A stretch of 64,000 nucleotides of DNA from Burkholderiales bacterium (GCA_965279115.1 OZ257137.1:732224-796223); one strand, 5' to 3'. Positions 24,700-33,740 are shown, counted from the stretch's first letter. Program-made: numbers and translations. Notes: generated from the letters alone by a model not told the origin.

Positions 24700-25665
24700 C
24701 TAATCCAGCCTGATGTTGCCGGCCTTGATCACCGCCGCCCATTTGGCGGATTCGGCCTGCATGAGCTGACGGTATTCCTCGCCGGTGGTGGTGGCGGGCA
24801 GCGCACCCTGCTTGATGATCGCATCGCGCACCTCGGGCAGCTTGACCGTCTCGACCAATGCCGCGTGGAATTTCGCGACGATATCGGGCGCAATGCCGGC
24901 CGGCATGATGATGCCGTAGTTGGACTCCACCAGGATGCGCGGGTAACCGAGTTCGGTCGCGGTCGGCACATTGGGCAAGAGGTCAATGCGCTGCGGCGTC
25001 TCGATGGCGAGCGCGCGCAGGCGCCGCGCATTGATCAGCGGCAGCACCCCGGAGAGGTCGCCGGCGAAGATCTGCACCTCGTTGCCGAGCAGCGCGGTGA
25101 TCGCCGGGGCCGCGCCCTTGTAAGGCACATGCACGATCTCGATGCCGGCTTCCTGGCGCAGCAGTTCGCCGCCCAGGTGCGGCGTGGTGGCGTTGCCGGC
25201 CGAACCGTAGTTGTACTTGCGTGGCGCCGCCTTGGCCGCCGCGATGAGTTCCGGCAGCGTGCCTTCCTTCGCCTCGGCATTGTTGACGATCACCTGCGGC
25301 ACCCGCGCCACCAGCGACACATAGGCGATCTTCTGCGCGTCATACGGCAGCTTCATCAGGTGCGGCAGCGAGGTGATCCCGCCCGGCGTGCCCATGCCGA
25401 AGGTGTAGCCGTCGGGCGCGGCCTTGATGGTGGCGTCCATGCCGATGGTGCCGCTGGCGCCGGCCTTGTTCTCGATGGTGATGGGTTGGCCGAGTTTCGC
25501 CCCCAGCGCCGGCGCCACCGCGCGCGCCAGCATGTCGACCGGACCGCCCGGCGGATAGTTGACGATCAGGCGGATCGGCCGCGCCGGCCATGCCTGCGCG
25601 AGGGCATCAGGCATCGCTGCAAGCGTCGCCAGCAGGGCCGCTGCAAGGGCGATTGTTGTCTTCAT
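24700..25665 (-). CDS. Bug/TctC-family periplasmic solute-binding protein
   Basis: Signal peptide MKTTIALAAALLATLAAMPDALAQA, then WPARPIRLIVNYPPGGPVDMLAR, IENKAGASG and APDGYT. Confidence 0.9.
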   Translation of the reverse strand: MKTTIALAAALLATLAAMPDALAQAWPARPIRLIVNYPPGGPVDMLARAVAPALGAKLGQPITIENKAGASGTIGMDATIKAAPDGYTFGMGTPGGITSLPHLMKLPYDAQKIAYVSLVARVPQVIVNNAEAKEGTLPELIAAAKAAPRKYNYGSAGNATTPHLGGELLRQEAGIEIVHVPYKGAAPAITALLGNEVQIFAGDLSGVLPLINARRLRALAIETPQRIDLLPNVPTATELGYPRILVESNYGIIMPAGIAPDIVAKFHAALVETVKLPEVRDAIIKQGALPATTTGEEYRQLMQAESAKWAAVIKAGNIRLD

Positions 25666-25699
25666 GTCCCGGTCTCCTTTGTTGTGGTTTGCTGCGTAT

Positions 25700-26269
25700 T
25701 CACGCCACGCCGCGCCGCTGCGGCAGCGGGAATGCGGGTTCCACGCCTTCGGGCAGTGGAATCTCGTGGGCGTTCAGTGTCATGGCCACCATGGTGTAGT
25801 AGCCCACCAGGGCGGTGAGTTCGACCACGGTGCGCTCGCCGAAGCGTTCGAGCACCCGCGCGTAGGTGGCATCGCTTACCGAGCGGGTACGCCCCAGCTC
25901 AAGCGCGTGGCGATAGACGAGCTCGTCGTCGCCCTGCAATCCCGGATCAGACCCGGCGAGGATGGCCTCGATGATCGCGGCCTCGATGCCCGCCTTCTCG
26001 GCCTCCTTGCGATGCGCGTACCACTCGAAGGGCGAGTCGCAGCAGCGCGCGGTGACCAGGATGGCGATCTCGGACAGGCGCGGTGGCAACGTCGTGCGGT
26101 AGCGCAGCAGTTCCCCCAACGCCTGCCAGCGGTCCGCCAGTTCCGGGTTGTGGATGGCGGCACGCAACGGCCCCTGCACCCGGCCGCGCGGGCCCGAGAC
26201 CACCTTGTTGTAGACCGCCAGTTGCTCGGCGTTCATGTCTTCCGGGGCGGGCAGCGTGACTCTGGGCAT
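25700..26269 (-). CDS. carboxymuconolactone decarboxylase (CMD/AhpD-like) family protein
   Basis: Starts MPRVTLPAPEDMNAEQLAVYNKVVSGPRG. Contains EIAILVTARCCDSPFEWYAHRKEA and VELTALVGYYTMVAMTLNA, which are typical of the CMD family. Confidence 0.8.
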   Translation of the reverse strand: MPRVTLPAPEDMNAEQLAVYNKVVSGPRGRVQGPLRAAIHNPELADRWQALGELLRYRTTLPPRLSEIAILVTARCCDSPFEWYAHRKEAEKAGIEAAIIEAILAGSDPGLQGDDELVYRHALELGRTRSVSDATYARVLERFGERTVVELTALVGYYTMVAMTLNAHEIPLPEGVEPAFPLPQRRGVA

Positions 26270-26371
26270 GGGGTTGCGGCGAACGGCGTCGTATGCGAGG
26301 CCGCAAGCTTATCGCCGGGGCCGACCTTGCGCCTACCGTCGAGGCGGCATGCCTGCTATGCCGGGGCGGAA

Positions 26372-27376
26372 CTATCGCTTGGGTACCGGCCCGCTACGCC
26401 ACATGCCATCACGCGCCATGCTGCCGACCATGTCGACAATTTCCCGCGCCACCGCGGCCACTGCGCGCCCCGGCCCCTTGGAACGCGCTGTCGCCATGGA
26501 TATGGTGCGTTGCAAGGTGGGGTTGACGATGGGCGCAGCCTGCAGGCGACCGTCGGCAACCTCCTGCCATACCGCGTGCAGCGGCAACACGGTGTACAGG
26601 CGTTCGTTGGCCACCAGCGACTTCATCAGGGGCAGCGAATCGGCCTCGATCACCGGCGCCAGGGTGATGCGTTGCGCACGGGCAGTGGCGTCGAGCGCGT
26701 TGCGCAGGCCGTTGGGTGCGCCCGGCAGGATGAAGGGCAGTTCGTCGAGAGCGCTGAACTCGACGCGTTCGCCGGAAGTACGCTTGTCTCCGGCAGCGCC
26801 GATCAGGTAGCTGTCCACGGTGGCGAGCGATTGTTCATGTTCCGGCAGGGAGGCGCCATAGCGGTACAGGATGGCGATGTCGATGCGCGCGTCGGCCAGC
26901 CATTCCTCCACCTGACCGCTGGAGCCCTCGAGGATGCGCAGCCGCACCGCCGGATGCGCCGCGCGGATGCGGGTGAACAGCCGCCCCACCAGGGGATTCG
27001 CGATCGAGGGCAAGGATCCGACGGTGACCTGCCCGGCAGGCTCGCGGGCCTCGCCGCGCACCTCGTTCTCGAGTTGTTCCGCGTCCTCGAGCAGCATCTT
27101 CACGTGCGGGAAAATCCGCTCGCCCACCTCGGACAAGGAAACGCCGCGCCCGGTGCGGTTGAACAGGCGCGCGCCGCAATCGCGCTCCATGGCGTTCAAC
27201 TGGCGCGACAGCAGCGACTGGTTGCTGTCAAGGAAGATCGCTGCCCGCGTCAGGCTGCCAAGTTCCGCGATGGCCAGGAAGGTGCGCCACTTGTTGAGAT
27301 CGGCGGCGATGTCGAGGCGGATGGTGGTCGGCTTTGGCGCGGGCATGGGCTCAGGGCGCACTGCGGGGAGGGGCAT
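26372..27376 (-). CDS. LysR-family transcriptional regulator
   Basis: HTH region LNKWRTFLAIAELGSLTRAAIFLDSNQSLLSRQLNAMERDCGARLFNRTGRGVSLSEVG, then a substrate-binding-like C-terminal domain. ATG 27346 is an equally plausible start. Confidence 0.85.
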   Translation of the reverse strand: MPLPAVRPEPMPAPKPTTIRLDIAADLNKWRTFLAIAELGSLTRAAIFLDSNQSLLSRQLNAMERDCGARLFNRTGRGVSLSEVGERIFPHVKMLLEDAEQLENEVRGEAREPAGQVTVGSLPSIANPLVGRLFTRIRAAHPAVRLRILEGSSGQVEEWLADARIDIAILYRYGASLPEHEQSLATVDSYLIGAAGDKRTSGERVEFSALDELPFILPGAPNGLRNALDATARAQRITLAPVIEADSLPLMKSLVANERLYTVLPLHAVWQEVADGRLQAAPIVNPTLQRTISMATARSKGPGRAVAAVAREIVDMVGSMARDGMWRSGPVPKR

Positions 27377-27517
27377 TATCGGTCATGTCGGGCGGGGACC
27401 TGCGCCTGGAACCGGGCGTTTCATACCTGCTATATGCTGCACGCCCCTGACAAGGCCGCCACGCCCGGCATACTGTGTCAGTCCGTGCAAATGTCGCCCC
27501 CTGGAGATCCATCGCGC

Positions 27518-28708
27518 ATGTCCCACTCAGACGCTCCCGCCGCGCCCCGGCCCCCCGGCAACGGGCCGCTCGCCGGCTATGTGATCCTCGACCTCACCCG
27601 CGTGCTTGCCGGTCCCTATTGCACGATGATCCTGTGCGATCTGGGCGCCACGGTGATCAAGGTGGAGCAACCCGGCACGGGCGACGATTCGCGCGGTTTC
27701 CTGCCCTTCATCAACGGAGAGTCCGCGTTTTTCGCTTCCGTGAACCGCGGCAAGAAATCGATCGCGCTTGACCTCAAGATCGCGGGAGACCGCGCGATTT
27801 TCGAATCGCTGCTGGCGCGCGCCGATGTGCTGGTGGAGAACTTCCGGCCCGGTGTGCTCGACAAGATCGGCTATGGCTGGTCGCACCTCGAGGCCCGCTA
27901 CCCGCGCCTGGTGCTGGCGTCGATCTCCGGTTTCGGCCAGACCGGCCCGTATCGCGAAAAGGGCGCCTATGACCCGGTGGTGGTGGCCATGAGCGGCCTG
28001 ATGAGCATTACCGGCTTTCCGGGCATGCCGCCGGCGCGGCCCGGCACCTCCATCGGCGACCTTGCGGCGGCACTGTTCGCGGCCAACGGCATCCAGGCGG
28101 CGCTGCTGCAACGCGCGCGCACCGGGCGCGGCTGCCAGATCGACGTGGCCATGCTGGAATGCCAGATCGCGCTGCTCGAAATGGGCATCGCACGCACCCT
28201 GGCCGACGGCGTCTCGCCCGGACCGCTCGGCGCCGGCCACCCCGGCTCCGCGCCTTACGACGCATTCCGCGCGGCCGACGGGTACCTGGTGATCTGCGCC
28301 GGCACCGACGGGTTGTTCGCCGCGTTCGCCAAACTGCTGGGTTTCCCCGAATGGATCGCCGACCCCCGCTTCGTTGACCGCAAGTCACGCGTGGCCAACC
28401 AGGCGATCCTCAAGACCGCCATCGAAGCCCGGCTTGCCGAACATCCGGTGACCGAATGGCTGCATCGCCTGGACCGCGCCGGCATCCCGGCCGGGCCGGT
28501 CAACGACATCGCGGCGATGATGTCCGACCCGCAGGTCCTCGCGCGCGGGGTGATCCTGGACATCGCCGGCAGCCCGGGGCAGAAAGCCGCCGCCACGCCG
28601 CTGCTGCTGGGTGGTGCCGCGTATCCGCAAAACCTGCCGCCGGCGCCCGCGCTGGACGGAAACCGCGACGAGATCCTGCGTTTCGCGGCCGCCGGCGCGA
28701 CGCGTTAA
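27518..28708 (+). CDS. family III CoA-transferase (CaiB/BaiF type), second paralogue
   Basis: Starts MSHSDAPAAPRPPGNGPLAGYVILDLTRVLAGPYCTMILCDLGATVIKVEQPGTGDDSR. Contains GKKSIALDL, ENFRPGVLDKIGY and TSIGDLAA. Only the last ~396 codons of track ORF 25559-28708 are taken as real. ATG 27491 is an alternative start. Confidence 0.85.
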   Translation: MSHSDAPAAPRPPGNGPLAGYVILDLTRVLAGPYCTMILCDLGATVIKVEQPGTGDDSRGFLPFINGESAFFASVNRGKKSIALDLKIAGDRAIFESLLARADVLVENFRPGVLDKIGYGWSHLEARYPRLVLASISGFGQTGPYREKGAYDPVVVAMSGLMSITGFPGMPPARPGTSIGDLAAALFAANGIQAALLQRARTGRGCQIDVAMLECQIALLEMGIARTLADGVSPGPLGAGHPGSAPYDAFRAADGYLVICAGTDGLFAAFAKLLGFPEWIADPRFVDRKSRVANQAILKTAIEARLAEHPVTEWLHRLDRAGIPAGPVNDIAAMMSDPQVLARGVILDIAGSPGQKAAATPLLLGGAAYPQNLPPAPALDGNRDEILRFAAAGATR

Positions 28709-28768
28709 CATCGGGAGCCGCGAGCCCTCCGGCAACGGCGCGACTTCGGTAGCGCATCTTCCATTCCA

Positions 28769-29944
28769 TTGCCCGCCACCTTGACCACGCCTTCGCCCTG
28801 GCGCGCCCATGCGCCTTTCTACCTGTGCGCGCTGGTGTGGAACTTCGGCCTGGGCATGACCCATCCGCTGATTCCGCTTTACGCGGATTCGCTCGGCATG
28901 TCCGGCGTGGCCATCGGCACGCTGATCTCGCTGCCGGTGGTGTTGCAGATCATGCTGAGCCTGGCCGGCGGCGCCTTTACCGACCGGCTTGGCGGGCGCA
29001 TGCTGATACTCGCATCCTGCCTGCTGATGTGCGTCGGCGCCACCACGTATTCACAATCGGCCACTTTCGGCCTGATGTTCGGCGCGCAGATCGTGATGGT
29101 GATGTCGCGCGCCATGTTCTGGCCGGCCACCTGGACCATCGCGTCGAGCCTGCCCGGGTCACGCAGCGTCGAATTGGGGCGCCTGAACGCCATGACCAAC
29201 TTCGGGCAGATCGCCGGCACCCTGGTCGCCGGCGTGTCGATCGCCGCTGCTGGTTTTTCCAACAGCTTCCTCATCCTGGCCGGGGTGGGCCTGCTTTCCT
29301 TCGGCCTGATGACCGGCCACCAAGGGGCGCGACCGGCCGCCAGCGGCGCACCATTCGCGCCGCTGGAACGCTATGGCCGCCTGATCCGCCTGCGGCCGAT
29401 GCTGTTCATCATGATGTGCGCCTACATCTCGGCGCTGCCGTTCTCGCTGTCGGTCTCGTTCTATCCGCTGCTGTTCGAGGCCTATGGATATCGCCATGAG
29501 GTGAACGGTTTCATCCTGAGCCTGCGCGGCATCGGCGCGGCGGTGGCGGGCCTCATGGTCGCGCGCCACCTGAGCTTCACGATGAAGGGGCCGGTGGCGT
29601 TCTGGTCGGCGATATCGGTGGCCTTCGCGATCGGCATGGTCGGCACGCTTGACAACCTGCCCGCGGTCGGGGTGCTGCTCTTTCTTGTGGGACTGGGCTC
29701 CGGGCTGATGTCGCTCAACTTCCAGCTCATGGTCGCCGAAGTCAGTGCCGCCGAGGATCGCGGTTCGGCCAACGCACTCGGCGGGGTGGGCTGGGGTTTT
29801 TCGCACCTGAGCACGCCCATCCTGATGGGATTCCTGCGCGACAACCTGGGCATCGAGCGTGCGTTCATGATCCTTTCGGTGATCGTGCTCGTTTGGGCGG
29901 GTGGGCTCGCCCTCCTGCACCGCTGGGCGTTTGCCCGAAAATAG
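28769..29944 (+). CDS. MFS transporter
   Basis: About 12 hydrophobic segments and the MFS loop motif FTDRLGGRMLIL. The track start is TTG 28769, and the true start is uncertain. Confidence 0.8.
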   Translation: MPATLTTPSPWRAHAPFYLCALVWNFGLGMTHPLIPLYADSLGMSGVAIGTLISLPVVLQIMLSLAGGAFTDRLGGRMLILASCLLMCVGATTYSQSATFGLMFGAQIVMVMSRAMFWPATWTIASSLPGSRSVELGRLNAMTNFGQIAGTLVAGVSIAAAGFSNSFLILAGVGLLSFGLMTGHQGARPAASGAPFAPLERYGRLIRLRPMLFIMMCAYISALPFSLSVSFYPLLFEAYGYRHEVNGFILSLRGIGAAVAGLMVARHLSFTMKGPVAFWSAISVAFAIGMVGTLDNLPAVGVLLFLVGLGSGLMSLNFQLMVAEVSAAEDRGSANALGGVGWGFSHLSTPILMGFLRDNLGIERAFMILSVIVLVWAGGLALLHRWAFARK

Positions 29945-30012
29945 TCCCGCATGCCGCCGCGACCGCCTTCACGAACGCGCGTCCCGTACGCGCCCCTCCC
30001 AAGGAAAACGCA

Positions 30013-31041
30013 ATGACCAACCCAAAGGTTCCCCCCTTGCGCATCGGCATTCTCGGCTGCGCCAACATCGCCCGCCAGTTTGCGGCGGCGGTCGCGCCCG
30101 GCGGGTGGGGCCGCATCGAGGCGGTGGCCAGCCGCAACGCCGACACTGCCGCCGCCTTCGCGGCTGCCTGCGGCATTGCCCGCCATCATGGCAGCTACGA
30201 AGCCCTGCTGGCCGATCCCGCTATCGACACCATCTACATTCCCCTGCCCAACACCATGCATGCGGAGTGGGCCATCAAGGCCGCCCGGCATGGCAAGCAT
30301 CTGCTGTGCGAGAAGCCGCTCGCCACCAGCCTTGCCGACGCGGTGGCCATGTTCGCGGCGGCGCGAGAGGCGGGGGTCATGTTGCTGGAAGCCTACCCCT
30401 ACTGGTTCCAGCCGCAGACGCGCGACATGCTGAACCTGCTCAATGGCGGCGCGATCGGCGAGGTACGGCTGATGCAGGCCGCGTTCGGCTTTGCCTTGCA
30501 GAACCCTGAAGGCAACATCCGCATGAACCCGCACCTGGGCGGTGGCGCCCTGCTTGATGCGGGCAGCTACCCCTTGAGCCTGATCCGCCTGGTGATGGGC
30601 TGCGCGCCCGCGCGCGTGACGGCGCATGCGCGCCCCGCCCCCACCGGCGTGGACATCGGCATGATGGCAACCCTCGAGTACCGCGACGGCCGCTATGCGC
30701 AGATGTCGTGCGCGATGGACGTGGCCAACCACCGCCGCGCCACCATCATGGGGACCCAGGGCACCATCGAGACCGAATACATCAACCACCCGTCCGTGGA
30801 GGTGCCGAGCCAGATGCGCATCCGCCACGGCGTGGCCAACACCATCCCGTTCGAGGAGATCCACTCCGCGCCGGGCAGCGGCTTCGCCTATTGCGTCGAA
30901 GCCTTTGCACGTATCGTGGCGGCGCGCGATTTCGATGCCATCGAGCGCGCTGCGAAAGCAAGCCTGGATATCGCCGCCACCCTTGAGGCGATCGCCCAGG
31001 GCGCCCGGTCCGGCCGGCCGATTGACGTCCGGAGCGCGTGA
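30013..31041 (+). CDS. Gfo/Idh/MocA-family NAD(P)-dependent oxidoreductase
   Basis: Starts MTNPKVPPLRIGILGCANIARQF (Rossmann fold). Contains IDTIYIPLPNTMHAEWAIKAARHGKHLLCEKPLA (EKP motif). Start at ATG 30013 after an AAGGAAA RBS. Confidence 0.85.
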   Translation: MTNPKVPPLRIGILGCANIARQFAAAVAPGGWGRIEAVASRNADTAAAFAAACGIARHHGSYEALLADPAIDTIYIPLPNTMHAEWAIKAARHGKHLLCEKPLATSLADAVAMFAAAREAGVMLLEAYPYWFQPQTRDMLNLLNGGAIGEVRLMQAAFGFALQNPEGNIRMNPHLGGGALLDAGSYPLSLIRLVMGCAPARVTAHARPAPTGVDIGMMATLEYRDGRYAQMSCAMDVANHRRATIMGTQGTIETEYINHPSVEVPSQMRIRHGVANTIPFEEIHSAPGSGFAYCVEAFARIVAARDFDAIERAAKASLDIAATLEAIAQGARSGRPIDVRSA

Positions 31042-31067
31042 TCGCCGCCCGCGGCAATCACGCGCTC

Positions 31068-31093
31068 AAAAAAAGAGGCGGACAAGCCGCCTC
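31068..31093 (-). terminator. rho-independent terminator (minus-strand orientation)
   Basis: On the minus strand the sequence reads GAGGCGG-CTTGT-CCGCCTC followed by TTTTTTT (stems at 31075-31081 and 31087-31093; A-tract at 31068-31074 on the plus strand). It lies 25 nt after the stop of small ORF 31118-31303. Confidence 0.65.
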
Positions 31094-31117
31094 AAGTCGT
31101 CTCCTCCTCAGGAGCAA

Positions 31118-31303
31118 TCAGTACGCGATGCCGATGGGCATGCCAGGCAACAAGTCGGTCCGGATCACACTACCGCTCGGCGACGGCACGTCCGGCGCAT
31201 CCCAATGCGGGCAATGGTACCTGCCCGCAGCATGGAGATCGATCATCGGCATCGATGCGACCACCGGCAATACGTGGTGCCAGAACGACCGTTTGGGCTT
31301 CAA
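31118..31303 (-). CDS. small hypothetical protein (44-61 aa), unknown family
   Basis: The ORF is MKPKRSFWHHVLPVVASMPMIDLHAAGRYHCPHWDAPDVPSPSGSVIRTDLLPGMPIGIAY, with TTG at 31303 or ATG at 31252. About 47 of 60 third codon positions are G or C, as in genuine genes here. It is followed directly by the terminator above. I recognise no homology. Confidence 0.35.
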   Translation of the reverse strand: MKPKRSFWHHVLPVVASMPMIDLHAAGRYHCPHWDAPDVPSPSGSVIRTDLLPGMPIGIAY

Positions 31304-31532
31304 AGCGGCAACGGTCGTCCCCGAGCAGCGGGACAGTTTTCAATTATCGATCACCTTCATGGTGCGCAATCGCAATGCCATTAGGAAAGAAGAAGCGAGC
31401 GTATATACCCCTACAATTGGCGTATATAAGTGTGAATACGTATGTCCTTGCCGCGGCTTTCACACATAATCCGCCGGAATCAACGCGGACGACGGGAAAG
31501 CCGTCACGTTCCGTCAGGCAAAACCGGGTCAG

Positions 31533-33740
31533 ATGCTCGATACCACCATTGAATCGCCGCAGACCAATGCGCCACGGGCCGCGGACCGGCGCGGCCGCGC
31601 TTCGATGCAATGGCTGCTTGCCGCACTGATCGCGGCAACCGCGCTGCCATTGATCGCGCTCCTGGGCTACCAGATGGTCCGCGAGACGCGGTCCGACATT
31701 GACGCGGCGCGCAGTCTCGTGCGCGGTTTGGCGGAGGTAACCGCCAACGATTCCGCCACGGCGATCAACAAGATCGAACGCACCGTACGCCTGCTCGCCC
31801 AGCGTCCGATGGTGCGCAGCCTGGACCCGGACAAATGCGATCCGGTGCTGGAAGAACTCCGCGGGTTCGAGCGCAATTTCAACAACGTCGTCACCTTCGA
31901 CGCCGCCGGCGACCGGATCTGCTCCGCGCTGCGCCCGGCCGGCAAGGCGCCGCCAAATGTCAGCACCTCGCGCTGGTTCCAGCGTCTGGTTTCCAGCAAC
32001 GACATCGTGATCAGTTCGCCGCAAATAGGCGCCTACTCGGGCCGCTGGATCGCGATCCTCGCGCATCCGGTCCGCGATCCGGGTGGAAACGTGGCCGGCG
32101 CCGTGGCGGTGGCGATCGACCTGGCCGCCTTCCAGCCGGTGGCCACCGCGGCACTGCCGCCCGGCGGCGTGATGGGAATCATCAACGGCGAGGGCATGAT
32201 CGTCACGCGGCTGAGCCAGGCCGAGGAATCCATCGGCCGGAATGTGGCCGACACCAACCTCGGCAGGGCGGTGCTCGGCGGCGCGGCGAACACCGAAGTG
32301 ATCACGGGGAACGACGGGATCGAGCGCCTGTACGCCTATCAGCCCATCGCGAAATCCGGCTGGTTCGTCACCGTTGGCGTGCCGACCGAACTGGTGCTGG
32401 CAAGGGCACGTCAGAGCGCATGGCGCAACGGCCTGGGTGCGCTGCTGGTGATCGCCCTGGCGGCGCTCCTGGTCGCGCGCACCTATCGCCGCATCGCTGT
32501 CCCATTGCTGGCCCTGCACGACACGGCGCGCGCCATATCCGAGGGTGACCGCACCCGTCGTGCGCCGGTCGGCGGGCCATCCGAGCTCGCTGAAGTCGCC
32601 ACCACCTTCAATCGCATGATGGAGCGCATCCCGCAGATCGAAGGCGCCCTCAGTGAGCGCGAGGAGCAGTACCGGCGATTGTTCCTGGCTTCACCGGACG
32701 CCATCGTGGTCACCTCGGCGGGGCGAATCGAGATGGCAAACCCCGCCGCCGTCGACCTGTTCGGTGCCGGTATGGAGGGCGACGTCATAGGCCGCATGCT
32801 GATTGATTCGATCCACCCCGATTTCCGGGCGCGGGCGAAGTCCCGACTCGGCAGTGCCGCGCCCGAATCACGCGACCTGCGTGTCACCGAACTCGACATC
32901 CTGCGCGCCAACGAAAACCGCGCCACTGTCGAATTGATGGCACTCCCTTTCTCGTACGACGGCAATCCTGCAGTGCTGTGCATTTTCAAGGACATCTCGG
33001 ACCAGCGGCGCCTGGAACGTGAGGTCCTCGCGCATCGGGCGGAAGCCGAGCGCCTGGTCAATCAACTCGTCGCGCAGCAGACGGCAGCGGCCATCGCGCA
33101 TGAACTCAACCAGCCGCTGGTCGCCGTGTCCGCCTACAGCGAAGCCGCATTGGCGATGGTGCGCAATGGCGATCCGCAGGCCGAAAAACTGGCGCAGGCG
33201 CTTGAAGGCGCGGCCAGCCAGGCGCAGCGCGCCGGAAGAACCCTGCATGAGCTGCTGGATTTCCTGCACAAGAGCGACGCCGGTTCCGAGCCTGTCGACC
33301 TCAACGAAGTCGTCAACGACGCTGTCGCCGCCACGCTTGCCGGCAGCCCGGTCCGTTTCCTGCCCGAGATCTCGCTCGCCGCGCTGCCGCCGGTCCTCGC
33401 AAACCGCAACCAGTTGCAACGGGTACTGTCAAACCTGCTGCAGAACGGCATCGACGCAATGCAAGCGAGTGGTACATCGCCCGATTTGTTCAAGCTGGAG
33501 GTCCGCACCGCGCGCGTCGGCGACATGGCGCAGGTGACTGTACGCGACCACGGACCCGGCCTGGACGATCACGCCCGAAACCGCTTGTTCGAGCCATTCT
33601 TCACCACCAAGCCGCACGGTATCGGCCTGGGGCTCACCATCAGCCGCGCCCTGATCGAAAGCCACGGGGGCCGCATGTGGCACGACAGCAACGAGGCGAC
33701 CGGCGGTGCCTTCCATTTCACCCTTCCGCTCACGACATGA
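31533..33740 (+). CDS. sensor histidine kinase: periplasmic dCache-like domain, TM, HAMP, PAS, HisKA, HATPase
   Basis: TM1 is WLLAALIAATALPLIALLGY and the periplasmic region is about 270 aa. TM2 is LGALLVIALAALLVA, followed by HAMP (IAVPLLALHDTARAISEGD...FNRMMERI) and PAS (YRRLFLASPDAIVVTSAGRIEMANPAAVDLFG). H-box AIAHELNQPL, N-box LLQNGIDAM, G-boxes DHGPGL and GIGLGL. ATG 31605 is an alternative start. Confidence 0.9.
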   Translation: MLDTTIESPQTNAPRAADRRGRASMQWLLAALIAATALPLIALLGYQMVRETRSDIDAARSLVRGLAEVTANDSATAINKIERTVRLLAQRPMVRSLDPDKCDPVLEELRGFERNFNNVVTFDAAGDRICSALRPAGKAPPNVSTSRWFQRLVSSNDIVISSPQIGAYSGRWIAILAHPVRDPGGNVAGAVAVAIDLAAFQPVATAALPPGGVMGIINGEGMIVTRLSQAEESIGRNVADTNLGRAVLGGAANTEVITGNDGIERLYAYQPIAKSGWFVTVGVPTELVLARARQSAWRNGLGALLVIALAALLVARTYRRIAVPLLALHDTARAISEGDRTRRAPVGGPSELAEVATTFNRMMERIPQIEGALSEREEQYRRLFLASPDAIVVTSAGRIEMANPAAVDLFGAGMEGDVIGRMLIDSIHPDFRARAKSRLGSAAPESRDLRVTELDILRANENRATVELMALPFSYDGNPAVLCIFKDISDQRRLEREVLAHRAEAERLVNQLVAQQTAAAIAHELNQPLVAVSAYSEAALAMVRNGDPQAEKLAQALEGAASQAQRAGRTLHELLDFLHKSDAGSEPVDLNEVVNDAVAATLAGSPVRFLPEISLAALPPVLANRNQLQRVLSNLLQNGIDAMQASGTSPDLFKLEVRTARVGDMAQVTVRDHGPGLDDHARNRLFEPFFTTKPHGIGLGLTISRALIESHGGRMWHDSNEATGGAFHFTLPLTT

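Noticed and set aside
25559-28708. 1049-aa plus-strand ORF that looks like a giant protein
   Set aside because: Only the C-terminal ~396 codons (from ATG 27518) resemble a protein, namely a family III CoA-transferase. The first ~650 codons run antisense through the Bug, CMD and LysR genes and carry no motifs.
31038-31469. 143-aa plus-strand ORF filling the 31-kb intergenic region
   Set aside because: It runs straight through the terminator hairpin and the 40% G+C block. It has no RBS or motif, and it is antisense to the better-supported small minus-strand ORF.
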